Below are positions 1 to 10,015 of a DNA stretch of 64,000 bases, piece by piece. The translations under genes and the position numbers were made by a program. The notes beneath the pieces were generated by a model. That model did no database searches. It saw only the letters and a list, made by a program, of their open reading frames with translations, and had not been told where the DNA came from. Position 1 is the first letter of the stretch. The number at the start of each line of letters is the position of its first letter. Source of the stretch: Thiogranum sp. (lineage in GTDB: Bacteria; Pseudomonadota; Gammaproteobacteria; DSM-19610); the NCBI GenBank assembly GCA_022340245.1, contig JAJDOI010000022.1, forward strand, positions 2,394-66,393, given 5' to 3'.

Positions 1-578
1 TTCAGCGGCTCGCCGATGCCGGCTACACGCCCGGGATTTATCCAGGCACCTGCCGCAATGGTTTGCCGCCCGGACGCCCGGCCCGATCGATGCGCCTGCG
101 TGTCCCGGAACTGGCTATTCGCTTTCACGATCGGCTGCAAGGCGGGTTCGACGAATGGCTGTCGCAATCCTGCGGAGACTTCGTGTTGAAACGCGCCGAT
201 GGTCTTTTCGCCTATCAGCTGGCGGTAGTGGTCGACGATGCCGCCCAGGGGATTACCGACGTGGTACGCGGCGCTGACCTGCTCGACTCCACAGCCCGTC
301 AGATTCTGTTGCACCAGCTGCTCGGCCAACCGGTCCCCCGCTATCTGCACCTGCCGGTTGCTGCGAACCGGCAGGGCGAAAAACTCAGCAAACAGACCGG
401 TGCAGCGCCTGTCGATGCCGCGCGCCCGGTCGAGACCCTGTGGACCGTACTCGAGTTTCTCGGCCAGAGCCCGCCGCAGGGGCTGCGCAGCGCGGGGCTT
501 GCCGTGTTCTGGCGCTGGGCGCTCGACAACTGGGATACCCGGCACCTGCCGCCGAGGCGGCTGATAAAACAACATTGA
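1..578 (+). CDS. gluQ: Glutamyl-Q tRNA(Asp) synthetase, 3' portion (5' end outside window)
   Basis: Frame 3 is open from nt 3 to the TGA at 576-578. The translation (...YPGTCRNG...DFVLKRADGLFAYQLAVVVDDAAQGITDVVRGADLL...GEKLSKQ) fits the truncated GluRS-like YadB/GluQ-RS family, with KLSKQ as the KMSKS-type loop. The M at nt 63 in the ORF track is an alternative-start artefact. Confidence 0.85.
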   Translation, partial: QRLADAGYTPGIYPGTCRNGLPPGRPARSMRLRVPELAIRFHDRLQGGFDEWLSQSCGDFVLKRADGLFAYQLAVVVDDAAQGITDVVRGADLLDSTARQILLHQLLGQPVPRYLHLPVAANRQGEKLSKQTGAAPVDAARPVETLWTVLEFLGQSPPQGLRSAGLAVFWRWALDNWDTRHLPPRRLIKQH

Positions 579-588
579 TACGGCTTTC

Positions 589-606
589 CCATTGTCCGTA
601 CAATGG
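589..606. promoter_or_regulatory. Perfect 7-bp inverted repeat (ccattgt-N4-acaatgg) just upstream of the acs ribosome-binding site; possible operator or gluQ 3' hairpin
   Basis: Read directly: ccattgtccgtacaatgg at 589-606, followed by caaaaaacatcctgaaggag and the acs ATG at 634. There is no T-run, so it is not a classical terminator. Confidence 0.2.
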
Positions 607-633
607 CAAAAAACATCCTGAAGGAGCGCACCT

Positions 634-2571
634 ATGTCCGACGAGAAAATTTATCCCGTTCCCGAGTCTTTCGCGGCGCACGCGCATATCGGCAATGCCC
701 AATACGGAGAAATGTATCAGCGCTCGGTGGATGACCCGAGCGGCTTCTGGGCAGAACAGGCAGACCGCTTCGTCAGCTGGTACACGCCCTGGGACCGGGT
801 ACTCGACTGGGACTTCGCAACAGGCAAGATCCGCTGGTTCGAGGGCGCGCAACTGAATGTCAGCTACAACTGCATCGACCGACACCTGCCCACCCGCGCC
901 GACCAGGTGGCCATCATCTGGGAAGGCGATGATCCCAACCAGGACAGCCATATCACTTACCGGGAACTGCACCGGCAGGTGTGCATTTTTGCCAACGTAT
1001 TGAAAGCCCGTGGTGTTAAAAAGGGCGACCGCGTATGTATCTACATGCCGATGATTCCGGAAGCGGCATACGCCATGCTGGCCTGCGCCCGTATCGGCGC
1101 CATTCACTCCGTGGTGTTCGGCGGCTTTTCACCCGAATCCCTCAAGGACAGAATCCTCGATTCTGACTGCCGCGTGGTGGTGACCGCCGACCAGGGCCGG
1201 CGCGGCGGCAGAAGCGTCCCCTTGAAAAACAACGCTGACAAGGCCCTCGCGGCATGCCCTGATGTTCACTCGGTTATCGTGGTCAAGTGCACCGGCGGCG
1301 ATATCGACTGGCACGCCGAGCGCGACATCTGGCTTCACGAAGTCGCTGCCACGGTCGATGAAGACTGCGAACCGCAAGCCATGGACGCCGAAGATCCGCT
1401 GTTCATTCTCTACACCTCCGGCTCTACAGGCAAACCCAAAGGCGTACTGCACACCAGCGGCGGTTACCTGCTGTATGCCGCCATTACCCACAAGTATGTT
1501 TTCGACTATCAGGACCAGGAACATTACTGGTGTACCGCCGACGTTGGCTGGATTACCGGTCACACCTATATTGTTTACGGGCCGCTCGCCAATGGCGCGA
1601 CCACCCTGATGTTCGAAGGTGTGCCCACTTACCCCGATGCCTCGCGCTTCTGGCAGGTGTGCGACAAACATCGCGTGGCGACTTTCTATACCGCGCCGAC
1701 CGCCATCCGCGCATTGATGCGCGAGGGTGAAGAACCGGTCAAGGCCACCGAACGCAGTTCGCTGCGTCTGCTCGGCACGGTCGGAGAACCCATCAACCCG
1801 GAAGCCTGGGAATGGTATTATCGGGTGGTCGGCGACGGGCGCTGCCCGGTGGTCGATACCTGGTGGCAAACCGAAACCGGCGGCCATATGATTACCCCCT
1901 TACCCGGGGCGACAGCCCTGAAGCCGGGTTCGGCGACACGGCCCTTTTTCGGCGTTGTACCGGCGCTGGTCGACGGCGAGGGGCATGTACTCGAGGGCGC
2001 CGCCGAAGGCAACCTCGTCATTACGCGTCCCTGGCCGGGACAGATGCGCACCGTCTACGGCGATCACGATCGCTTCGTCAGCACCTATTTCTCCACTTAT
2101 CCCGGCATGTACTTCACCGGCGACGGCGCGCGTCGCGACGAGGACGGCTATTACTGGATTACCGGGCGCGTCGACGACGTGCTGAACGTGTCCGGACACC
2201 GCCTGGGTACCGCGGAACTCGAAAGCGCTCTGGTTTTGCACAAGGACGTCGCGGAAGCGGCGGTGGTCGGTTACCCCCACGACATCAAGGGACAGGGCAT
2301 CTATGCCTATGTCACCCTGGTCAAGGGCGTTGAACCGAGCGACGCGCTCAGATCCGAGCTGGTGAACATGGTGCGCAGTGAAATCGGACCGATCGCAACT
2401 ATTGACGTCATCCAATGGGCGCCGGCACTGCCCAAGACACGTTCCGGCAAAATCATGCGCCGCATCCTGCGAAAAATCGCCGCCAACGAGGTCGACAGCC
2501 TGGGGGATACCTCCACACTGGCGGATCCGGCCGTGGTGGATAACCTCACGGAGAACCGCGCCCACCAATGA
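634..2571 (+). CDS. acs: Acetyl-CoA synthetase (AMP-forming)
   Basis: 645 aa with an AAGGAG ribosome-binding site 8 nt upstream. Full-length resemblance to Acs: N-terminal [92 protein letters not shown]. Confidence 0.97.
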   Translation: MSDEKIYPVPESFAAHAHIGNAQYGEMYQRSVDDPSGFWAEQADRFVSWYTPWDRVLDWDFATGKIRWFEGAQLNVSYNCIDRHLPTRADQVAIIWEGDDPNQDSHITYRELHRQVCIFANVLKARGVKKGDRVCIYMPMIPEAAYAMLACARIGAIHSVVFGGFSPESLKDRILDSDCRVVVTADQGRRGGRSVPLKNNADKALAACPDVHSVIVVKCTGGDIDWHAERDIWLHEVAATVDEDCEPQAMDAEDPLFILYTSGSTGKPKGVLHTSGGYLLYAAITHKYVFDYQDQEHYWCTADVGWITGHTYIVYGPLANGATTLMFEGVPTYPDASRFWQVCDKHRVATFYTAPTAIRALMREGEEPVKATERSSLRLLGTVGEPINPEAWEWYYRVVGDGRCPVVDTWWQTETGGHMITPLPGATALKPGSATRPFFGVVPALVDGEGHVLEGAAEGNLVITRPWPGQMRTVYGDHDRFVSTYFSTYPGMYFTGDGARRDEDGYYWITGRVDDVLNVSGHRLGTAELESALVLHKDVAEAAVVGYPHDIKGQGIYAYVTLVKGVEPSDALRSELVNMVRSEIGPIATIDVIQWAPALPKTRSGKIMRRILRKIAANEVDSLGDTSTLADPAVVDNLTENRAHQ

Positions 2572-3359
2572 GCCTGCTGTCGGTCAATGAGCTGGAGATA
2601 CTGCTGGTGGAACCATCCAGCACCCAGCAAAGGATCATCGAGGAGCAGTTGCAACAACTCGGTGCCGGGCACGTGGAACACGCCGGCAGCGCCGCCGAGG
2701 CGCTGGAACAGATGCGAACGCGCGTACCGGACCTGGTCATCAGTGCCATGCACCTGCCTGACATGACCGGCACCGCGCTCGTTCAGGCGATGCGCGGCGA
2801 CCCCGCGCTGCTGGACGTGGCCTTTATGCTGGTCTCCAGTGAGACCCACATACGCTATCTGGAGCCCCTGCGCCAGGCGGGCGTGATCGCCATTCTGCCC
2901 AAGCCCTTCGATCTTGAGCAGCTGCGCAAATCGCTGCTGGCGACACTGGACTTTCTACAACCCGATCCCCTGGAACTCAAACAATTTTCGCCGGATGAAT
3001 TGCGCGTTCTGATTGTCGACGACAGCTTTACCTCGCGGCGCATCATTCGACAGATGCTGGAGCGGCTCGGTATCGAGCAATTTGCCGAATCCGAAAACGG
3101 TCAACAGGCTATCGAACTGATCGAAAAGGAGTTCTTCGATCTGATTGTTACCGACTACAACATGCCGGAAATGGATGGCGAGCAACTCAGCCAGTTCATC
3201 CGCAACCACAGCACACAGCAGAGTGTACCGGTGCTGATGGTCACCTCCGAAACTGATCAGAACCGGCTGGCCGGGATCGCACAGAGTGGTGTCTCGGCGG
3301 TATTCGACAAGCCGTTCACCGTTGACACGCTGCGTACAACTATCGAGCGTGTGCTGTAG
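2568..3359 (+). CDS. Tandem receiver (REC-REC) response-regulator protein without output domain; first REC degenerate
   Basis: 263 aa. The ATG at 2568 overlaps the acs TGA (ATGA). Domain 2 has DD150-151, D196 ([14 protein letters not shown]), T226 and K248 (DKPF). Domain 1 has E15-P16 and A60 ([14 protein letters not shown]) at the acidic and phospho-acceptor positions but keeps S90 and K112. Confidence 0.85.
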   Translation: MSLLSVNELEILLVEPSSTQQRIIEEQLQQLGAGHVEHAGSAAEALEQMRTRVPDLVISAMHLPDMTGTALVQAMRGDPALLDVAFMLVSSETHIRYLEPLRQAGVIAILPKPFDLEQLRKSLLATLDFLQPDPLELKQFSPDELRVLIVDDSFTSRRIIRQMLERLGIEQFAESENGQQAIELIEKEFFDLIVTDYNMPEMDGEQLSQFIRNHSTQQSVPVLMVTSETDQNRLAGIAQSGVSAVFDKPFTVDTLRTTIERVL

Positions 3360-3405
3360 TACCCGGCGGCCCCGCCTTGCCTGCCCGACCCGGTTCAACC
3401 CCGCC

Positions 3406-4377
3406 ATGAAACAGCGCAGCAAATCGGGCGCAGCCGCCTTTCAACCGGCCTGGTGGCTACCCGGTGCGCACCTGCAAACCCTGTTTCCCCATGTGTTCCG
3501 CAGGGGTCGCCGCATCGCCTTCAAGCGCGAGCGCATCGAACTCCCGGATGGTGATTTCATCGACATCGACTGGGGCCCAGAGCATAACGGCCCGCTGGTA
3601 CTGCTGCTGCACGGACTGGAAGGGTCCATCCGTTCACACTATGCCGGCGGCCTGATGCAATCGCTTGGCGAACACGGTTTGCAGGTTGCACTGATGAACT
3701 TTCGTGGCTGCAGCGGCGAACCCAACCGCCAGCCACGCAGTTACCACTCCGGCGAAACCGGCGATGTCGACACCCTGGTCCGTCTGCTCCACCGGCGTTT
3801 TCCCCAACGACGCTTGTTCGCCATCGGGATCTCGCTGGGTGGCAATGTGCTGCTGAAATGGCTCGGCGAGAACCCCGGACAGATATTCGTACAGCATGCG
3901 ATCGCGGTTTCCGTGCCGTTTGAGCTGGACAAGGCCGCGCTGCAGCTGCAAAGCGGCCTGTCGCGTTTCTATCAGGCTTACCTGCTGAGAAAACTGCGTC
4001 GCTCGACTCGCGCCAAGGCGGCACGGATGCCGATGCCGATAAGCCTCGATCGGCTCGACTCGCTGCGCTCATTTCGCGCATTCGACGACCAGGTGACTGC
4101 ACCGCTGCACGGCTTCGCCGGCGTCGACGATTACTACAGACGTTCCAGCAGCCGACAGTACCTGAAACACATCCGTACCCCAACGCTGATCCTGCACGCG
4201 CTCGACGACCCGTTCATGACCGCGGACTGCGTTCCCGGTGTCGGCGAGCTGGGTCCGGGCGTAACGCTGGAGCTCAACCAGAGCGGCGGGCATGTCGGTT
4301 TCGTTGCCGGCGACTGGCCCTGGAGCGTTCGTTACTGGTTGGACGAGCGCATTGCGGAACGCTTCAGTAGCCCCTGA
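3406..4377 (+). CDS. Alpha/beta-fold hydrolase, YheT-like
   Basis: The internal ATG at 3406 (MKQRSKSG...) was chosen because the longer ORF from 3286 would overlap the REC gene. Motifs: WWLPGAHLQTLFP, LLLHGLEGS, nucleophile elbow GISLGGN, HALDDPF, GGHVGF. Confidence 0.8.
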   Translation: MKQRSKSGAAAFQPAWWLPGAHLQTLFPHVFRRGRRIAFKRERIELPDGDFIDIDWGPEHNGPLVLLLHGLEGSIRSHYAGGLMQSLGEHGLQVALMNFRGCSGEPNRQPRSYHSGETGDVDTLVRLLHRRFPQRRLFAIGISLGGNVLLKWLGENPGQIFVQHAIAVSVPFELDKAALQLQSGLSRFYQAYLLRKLRRSTRAKAARMPMPISLDRLDSLRSFRAFDDQVTAPLHGFAGVDDYYRRSSSRQYLKHIRTPTLILHALDDPFMTADCVPGVGELGPGVTLELNQSGGHVGFVAGDWPWSVRYWLDERIAERFSSP

Positions 4378-4381
4378 GAAT

Positions 4382-4416
4382 TTTCTAGAATATTTCTAGA
4401 TATAATTCACATCTAG
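4382..4416. promoter_or_regulatory. AT-rich intergenic patch with three TCTAG(A) palindromic cores (two tttctaga copies 11 bp apart) and a TATAAT hexamer
   Basis: Read directly: ttttctagaatatttctagatataattcacatctag. TCTAGA occurs at 4384-4389 and 4395-4400, TCTAG at 4412-4416 and TATAAT at 4401-4406. No convincing -35 was found. It lies between the hydrolase stop (4377) and the next gene (4721). Confidence 0.2.
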
Positions 4417-4720
4417 TTGTTTAATATTTACTTTTAAAGGTGCTTTTGTTCGTGGCCGATAGCCGCCGGCTTCCAGGTCGCGGTCTGTGCTCTGGCGTCC
4501 ACCCTGCCCCTGTCCCACGCCGCTGTCCGCACCAGATCCCCGCATCGACGATGCCCGCGAAACTGCCCCTACCCCCCATCTCAAGCTGCCTGCCCCCCTT
4601 GCCGATAGCCCCCAGGATTGTCGCGTCCAGCCACCGGGGGGGGACGCGCGACGCTGGATATCTCGAGGGGCCCGCCGTGACGGTCCCGCCTTAAGGACGA
4701 ATTAGCTGGGATCACACCAC

Positions 4721-6076
4721 ATGACTTTATCGACTCTGTTCAAGACCACTACCCTGAGCCTCGCCGTGCTGTGCGGCACCGCGCAGGCTGCCGAAGAAGA
4801 CATCTACAGCGTGCACTTTTCCGCCGACGGCAAACATATCATCACCGGTGGTGCGGGCGGCTTCACCCTGGCCGACACTGAAAAGTATACGGGTGGCATC
4901 AAGATCTGGAACAGTGAAACCGGCGCCGTCGTCGAAGCCATGGGCCAGCGCGCCGACCTGGACAGCATTTTCGGCGAAAAATACGGCCGCGTCGGCAACA
5001 CCCGCTGGGGCATCAGTAATTTCAAGGACGTGGTGCTCACCGGTTCCTATCCGCAGGGCAAGATCCTGCTGTTACCGAGTTCGCTGGGCCGCATGGTGGA
5101 CAACGATACCCAGCAGATGCCCGACTTTATCGGCGGTTATATCGACTTGAACGATCATCACGCCGAGCGCATCGAAGTCTCGCAACTGAGCACCGAAAAA
5201 GGCAATTGCGACCCAAAGACCGGCTTCCACGACTATGTCGGACCGATTGTACCGTCGAGTAACGGCAAGTTCGCGGCGATTGTAGTCAACACCTGCAAGG
5301 CGGTGATGGACAAGAACGACCGTCAGGTCGGTTTTGAATACCGCTCCGATCTGCACGTGATGGATCTCGCGGGATTCAAAGTCATTAAAACAGTCAAAAA
5401 GATCGACGCCGGCGTCTATGCACTGGGCATCACCGACAACGGCAAGCGGATTGCCTTCGTCGGACGCGACCAGTTCGCGGTCGTGGACCTGGATAGCGGC
5501 AAACGGCACGTTGTCGAATCGTACCCCAATAGCGCATTCCTGATTCCGCGCCAGTTCAGCACCCTGCAGTTCAGCAAGGACGGCAGCAAGCTGGTATCGC
5601 TGCGCAACATCTACGACATCGACACCGGGACCGAACAGACGCTGGAATGGACCGAGGGTGACAGCAAAAAACCACGACGCATTTCCAGCATCAGCGTGGC
5701 CCCGGATCTGAGCTATTTCGCCATGGTCATGCCCAAGCGTTCGCTGATCATGTTCGGCGACGACGGCCTGCCCCATTCCTACGGCAAAGCCGACAAGGTG
5801 GTGCTGATGGATACCAGGACGGGCAAGCGCACCGAACTGGAAATCACCAATTCGATGACCGAGGGCAAGCGCTGCGTCACCGATGTTTCCCCGGACAGCG
5901 AACGGGTCGCCGTCGGTTGCAAGGGCGGACTGCTACGCGTCTATAACGCGCGTACCGGTGAAATGCTCTGGGACAAACAGAACATCGGCAGGGAAGAAGA
6001 CAACGGCCTGATGCACGTGCGCTACGATGCTACCGACCGGTTCGTCGCGCTGATGGATGACACCGCAGGCTACTGA
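4721..6076 (+). CDS. Secreted beta-propeller (WD40-like repeat) protein of unknown function
   Basis: 451 aa with an N-terminal signal peptide MTLSTLFKTTTLSLAVLCGTAQA/AEE. Blade-like motifs recur: FSADGKHIITGG, ITDNGKRIAFVG, FSKDGSKLVS, SPDSERVAVGCKGGLLRVYNARTGEMLW. Codon third positions are GC-rich, as in neighbouring genes. Confidence 0.6.
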   Translation: MTLSTLFKTTTLSLAVLCGTAQAAEEDIYSVHFSADGKHIITGGAGGFTLADTEKYTGGIKIWNSETGAVVEAMGQRADLDSIFGEKYGRVGNTRWGISNFKDVVLTGSYPQGKILLLPSSLGRMVDNDTQQMPDFIGGYIDLNDHHAERIEVSQLSTEKGNCDPKTGFHDYVGPIVPSSNGKFAAIVVNTCKAVMDKNDRQVGFEYRSDLHVMDLAGFKVIKTVKKIDAGVYALGITDNGKRIAFVGRDQFAVVDLDSGKRHVVESYPNSAFLIPRQFSTLQFSKDGSKLVSLRNIYDIDTGTEQTLEWTEGDSKKPRRISSISVAPDLSYFAMVMPKRSLIMFGDDGLPHSYGKADKVVLMDTRTGKRTELEITNSMTEGKRCVTDVSPDSERVAVGCKGGLLRVYNARTGEMLWDKQNIGREEDNGLMHVRYDATDRFVALMDDTAGY

Positions 6077-6101
6077 GCCGGCAGTCGCTCCTTCAGAAGG
6101 T

Positions 6102-6133
6102 AAAAAATAAAGGGGCCTGATGGCCCCTTTATC
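6102..6133. terminator. Bidirectional rho-independent terminator between convergent genes
   Basis: aaaaaat-AAAGGGGCC-tgat-GGCCCCTTT-atc: a 9-bp perfect stem (6109-6117 / 6122-6130), 4-nt loop, A-run upstream and T-rich tail downstream. It sits between the stop at 6076 (+) and the pnp stop at 6159 (-). Confidence 0.75.
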
Positions 6134-6158
6134 ATGTAACGGCAACGCCGCGAAGCGA

Positions 6159-8246
6159 TCAGTTTTCGCCCACCGCCTTCATACTCAGACGGATACGGCC
6201 CTGCTTGTCGACTTCCAGTACTTTCACTTTAATGGTGTCGCCTTCGTTGAGCTTGTCACTGACTTTCTCGACGCGCTCATCGGAGATCTGCGAAATATGC
6301 ACCAGGCCGTCCTTGCCGGGCAGGATGGTGACAAAGGCACCGAAATCCATCAGCTTGACCACCTTGCCCTCGTAGACCTGACCGACTTCGACGTCGGCGG
6401 TCAACTGCTCGATGCGTCTGCGGGCTTCCTCGCCCGCCGCCTGGTCGACGGACGCGATCTTGACCACGCCGCTGTCGTCGATATCGATGCTGGCACCGGT
6501 TTCCTCGGTCAGCCCACGAATCGTGGCGCCACCCTTGCCGATAACATCGCGGATACGGTCCGGATTGATCCTGATGGTGATGTAACGCGGTGCGAATACC
6601 GACATTTCCGCGCGCGGCGCGGTGATCACCTTACCCATTTCACCGAGGATATGCAGGCGGGCTTCCTGGGCCTGGGCCAGCGCGACTTCCATGATCTCCT
6701 GGGTAATACCGTCGATCTTGATATCCATCTGCAGCGCGTTAACGCCCTTCTCGGTACCGGCCACCTTGAAGTCCATGTCTCCCAGGTGATCCTCATCGCC
6801 CATGATATCGGTAAGTACGGCGAACTTGTCGCCTTCCTTGATCAGGCCCATGGCAACACCGGCCACCGGCGCAGACAGGGGCACACCGGCGTCCATCATG
6901 GACAGGCTGGTGCCACATACACTGGCCATGGAGCTGGAGCCGTTGGACTCGGTGATTTCCGACACCACACGGATGGTGTACGGGAAGTCTTCCGTCTTCG
7001 GCATGCAGGCCAGCACGCCGCGCTTGGCGAGTCGGCCGTGACCGATTTCGCGTCGCTTGGGACTGCCGACCCGACCGGTTTCGCCGACACAGTAGGGCGG
7101 AAAATTGTAATGCAGCATGAAATTCTCGCGATACGAGCCCTGCAGCGCATCGATAATCTGAGCATCGCGCTCGGTGCCAAGGGTGGTAACAACCAGCGCC
7201 TGCGTTTCACCGCGGGTAAACAGTGCCGAACCGTGGGTACGTGGCAGCACACCGGTACGCACCGTGATCGGACGTACTGTTCTGGTGTCACGACCGTCGA
7301 TGCGCGGCTCGCCATTGATGATGCGCCCGCGCACGATGTTCTTCTCCAGTTTCTCCATCGCGCCGCGCACTTCCTCTTCGCTGAAAGCCGCGTCGTCGCC
7401 GCCCGCGAGTTTTTCGACGGTATCGGCCCGGATAGCGTCCAGGCGCGTATAACGCTCCTGTTTGTCGGCTACCTGGTAGGCATCGCCGAAGGCCGCTGCG
7501 CTGATGTCGGCAACGGCGCCGGTCAGCGCCTCGTTACCGGCCGCCGGCTGCCATTCCCAGGCCGGCGCGTTGACGTCGGCGGCCAGTTCGCTGATCGCAG
7601 CGATGGCCGCCTGCATCTGCTCGTGACCGAACACCACGGAACCCAGCATAACGTCTTCCGGCAATTCCCTGGCTTCCGACTCAACCATCAGTACGGCCTT
7701 GGAGGTGCCGGCAACCACCAGGTCGAGCTGGGACTCGGCCAGTTGTGTGCGCGTGGGATTGAGCACGTAGCCGCCGTCCAGGTAACCGACGCGGGCCGCG
7801 CCCACCGGGCCGTTGAACGGCAGTCCGGAAATCGAACAGGCTGCAGACGCTCCCAGCAGCGCGGGGATATCCGGGTCGATCTCGGGATCCAGCGACATCA
7901 CCGTAGCGATAATCTGGACCTCATTGGTGAAACCCTTGGGGAACAGCGGGCGTATGGGACGGTCGATCAGGCGACAGAGCAGTGTTTCGTTTTCGCTGGG
8001 ACGACCTTCACGGCGAAAAAAACCGCCGGGTATCTGGCCGGCGGCGTAGGTGCGTTCCTGGTAGTCGACTGTGAGCGGGAAGAAATCCCGTCCCTCGGAG
8101 CCGCGTTTCAATCCGACGGCGGTGACGAACACCACGGTCTCGCCCATGCTCACCATGACCGCGCCGGAGGCCTGGCGGGCGATTTCGCCGGTTTCGAATG
8201 TGACCGTATGACTGCCGTACTGGAAAGATTTCTTGATAGGGTTCAC
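6159..8246 (-). CDS. pnp: Polyribonucleotide nucleotidyltransferase (PNPase)
   Basis: 695 aa: [30 protein letters not shown]..., two RNase PH domains, a KH domain ([10 protein letters not shown]) and a C-terminal S1 domain ([18 protein letters not shown]). Confidence 0.97.
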   Translation of the reverse strand: MNPIKKSFQYGSHTVTFETGEIARQASGAVMVSMGETVVFVTAVGLKRGSEGRDFFPLTVDYQERTYAAGQIPGGFFRREGRPSENETLLCRLIDRPIRPLFPKGFTNEVQIIATVMSLDPEIDPDIPALLGASAACSISGLPFNGPVGAARVGYLDGGYVLNPTRTQLAESQLDLVVAGTSKAVLMVESEARELPEDVMLGSVVFGHEQMQAAIAAISELAADVNAPAWEWQPAAGNEALTGAVADISAAAFGDAYQVADKQERYTRLDAIRADTVEKLAGGDDAAFSEEEVRGAMEKLEKNIVRGRIINGEPRIDGRDTRTVRPITVRTGVLPRTHGSALFTRGETQALVVTTLGTERDAQIIDALQGSYRENFMLHYNFPPYCVGETGRVGSPKRREIGHGRLAKRGVLACMPKTEDFPYTIRVVSEITESNGSSSMASVCGTSLSMMDAGVPLSAPVAGVAMGLIKEGDKFAVLTDIMGDEDHLGDMDFKVAGTEKGVNALQMDIKIDGITQEIMEVALAQAQEARLHILGEMGKVITAPRAEMSVFAPRYITIRINPDRIRDVIGKGGATIRGLTEETGASIDIDDSGVVKIASVDQAAGEEARRRIEQLTADVEVGQVYEGKVVKLMDFGAFVTILPGKDGLVHISQISDERVEKVSDKLNEGDTIKVKVLEVDKQGRIRLSMKAVGEN

Positions 8247-8297
8247 TGGTTAATCCTTACTGCTTGTTACAGCGGTTGATAGAGAGTTTTCAGAATA

Positions 8298-8567
8298 TCA
8301 GCGGCGCAGACCGAGGCGGCCGATCAGCTCCTGGTAGCGTCCCACATCTTTGCGCTTGAGGTAATCGAGCAGCTTGCGGCGGTTACTGACCATGCGCAAC
8401 AAACCCTGGCGCGAGTGGTGATCCTGTTTGTGCGTCTGGAAGTGTTCTGTCAGTTCCTGGATATTCGCGGATAACAGTGCGACCTGAACTTCCGGCGACC
8501 CGGTGTCGCCTGGCGCACGCTGGTAGTCAGTGACAATCTTTTGTTTCTGTTCGGTTGATAAAGCCAT
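8298..8567 (-). CDS. rpsO: 30S ribosomal protein S15
   Basis: The ATG at 8565-8567 has GGAG 7 nt upstream. [43 protein letters not shown]...[24 protein letters not shown] is canonical S15. Confidence 0.95.
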   Translation of the reverse strand: MALSTEQKQKIVTDYQRAPGDTGSPEVQVALLSANIQELTEHFQTHKQDHHSRQGLLRMVSNRRKLLDYLKRKDVGRYQELIGRLGLRR

Positions 8568-8661
8568 TGTTAACTCCAATGCGTATGCTCACAGTCCATC
8601 CAGCGAACAGGCCAGACGGAAGCGGCGTATTTTAACTGCCCAGGCTAATTCACTCAATAGC

Positions 8662-9579
8662 TTAGGCACCTTTCATCAGGCGTCGAGGCGCCACGCGCCC
8701 GTCATCCAGAATTTCTCCCATACCCAGGAAGTCGCGGTTGCCGGCGTACAGCCGTACCCAGCCACTGGTGGGCGCGCGCGGCACCAGCACGGCTTGCCCC
8801 TGCTGCAGGTAAAACGCGGCATCGGCCGACAATTGCACATCCGGCCATTGGGTTAGCGCGGTTTCAATCGGCAGCAACAGCCTATCCATGGCCGGCATGT
8901 CGTTCTCCTTCAGCGCCCGCAGCTGCTCCAGGGTGACCAGCCCGGTCTCGCTGTAGGGACCGACCGCGGTACGCCGCAATGCGCTGACATGTGCGCCGCA
9001 ACCCAGCCTGTCACCGATATCCTCAGCAAGTGTGCGGACATAGGTACCCTTCGAGCAGTGCACGGCGATATCGATCCAGTCAGGGCCCCTGCCTGTCAGG
9101 GTCAGCTGGTAGATCTCCACAGTGCGCGCCTCGCGTTCGACCTCGACACCCTGGCGTGCCAGCTTGTAGAGGCGCTGGCCTTCGTGTTTCAGCGCCGAGT
9201 ACATGGGTGGCACCTGCTCGATACTGCCGCGGAAGCCGTCGAGCACGGCTTCCAGTTGCTGTTCCGAATAGGTTCCCACCGGCCGCGTTTCCAGCACCTC
9301 GCCTTCGGCGTCGGCGGTGGCGGTACGCACACCCAGCTGGCAACGCACCTGGTAACGCTTGTCGGCGTCCAGCAGGAAGGCCGATACCTTGGTCGCCTCC
9401 CCCATGCAGATGGGCAGCACACCCGAGGCCAGTGGGTCCAGGCTGCCCGTGTGACCGGCTTTTTTGGCGAAGTACAGACGTTTTACCTGCTGCAGGGCAT
9501 CGTTGGATGTAATGCCCGACGGTTTATCCAGCAAAAGGATACCGTTGACGTCTCGACCTCTCACGTGGCGTCGTCCCAT
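8662..9579 (-). CDS. truB: tRNA pseudouridine(55) synthase
   Basis: 305 aa: GILLLDKPSGITSND, the catalytic-Asp motif GHTGSLDPLASGVLPIC, YSALKHEGQRLY and a C-terminal PUA-like region. It sits in the conserved position between rbfA and rpsO. Confidence 0.95.
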   Translation of the reverse strand: MGRRHVRGRDVNGILLLDKPSGITSNDALQQVKRLYFAKKAGHTGSLDPLASGVLPICMGEATKVSAFLLDADKRYQVRCQLGVRTATADAEGEVLETRPVGTYSEQQLEAVLDGFRGSIEQVPPMYSALKHEGQRLYKLARQGVEVEREARTVEIYQLTLTGRGPDWIDIAVHCSKGTYVRTLAEDIGDRLGCGAHVSALRRTAVGPYSETGLVTLEQLRALKENDMPAMDRLLLPIETALTQWPDVQLSADAAFYLQQGQAVLVPRAPTSGWVRLYAGNRDFLGMGEILDDGRVAPRRLMKGA

Positions 9580-9592
9580 AAAACCTGCTACC

Positions 9593-9973
9593 TCAATGGT
9601 CCGGATCGTTCTCGTCTTCCCGATCGGCGCGCACGGCCGAGTCGATCAGGGCACTGAGCCGCGCCCCATCTTCCAGAGAGTGATCCTGTTTGAAATGTAA
9701 TTGCGGCACGTGGCGCATGACCAGGCGCTGACCCAGCATGTGTCTCAGGAAACCGGCTGCACCCTGCAATACCTCGAGCGAATTGTCCGCATCCTGCTGT
9801 TCGCCCAGGGTGGAAAAAAACACCTTGGCATGGGAAAGATCACGCGAGACTTCCACTGCGGAAATGCTCACCATACCCAGGCGCGGGTCGTTTATCTCGT
9901 CGCGGATAAGGGTGGCAAGCTCACGCTGGAGCTGCTCACCCACCCGCCGGGTTCTGGGGAAATCACGTGGCAT
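9593..9973 (-). CDS. rbfA: Ribosome-binding factor A
   Basis: 126 aa: RTRRVGEQLQRELATLIRDEINDPRLGMVSISAVEVSRDLSHAKVFF. Conserved synteny after infB. Confidence 0.93.
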   Translation of the reverse strand: MPRDFPRTRRVGEQLQRELATLIRDEINDPRLGMVSISAVEVSRDLSHAKVFFSTLGEQQDADNSLEVLQGAAGFLRHMLGQRLVMRHVPQLHFKQDHSLEDGARLSALIDSAVRADREDENDPDH

Positions 9974-10015
9974 GGTTGCGATAAACGCCGGGGTTGTATA
10001 ACGGAGCGCGAGCGA

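Noticed and set aside
4636-4643. G8 run in the spacer before the propeller gene, and a C9 run at 61708-61716 between the phosphorylase and parA-like genes, considered as phase-variation tracts.
   Set aside because: Both are intergenic. At this base composition my rough expectation is about three runs of 9 or more per 64 kb by chance, and no reading frame or promoter spacing is obviously affected.
6120-8279. A 719-aa ORF on the plus strand, plus similar long ORFs at 385-1107, 11234-12622, 16767-17732, 22105-22914, 28416-29372, 33189-33980, 36272-37111, 41019-42143, 47193-48002, 48766-49953 and 55168-56211.
   Set aside because: Each lies antisense to, or out of frame with, a gene that has strong family motifs (pnp, acs, infB, hypE, hypB, hupS and so on). 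Their translations are Arg/Gly/Ala/His-rich with no motifs. Long shadow ORFs like these are the expected artefact of high GC and stop-codon depletion.
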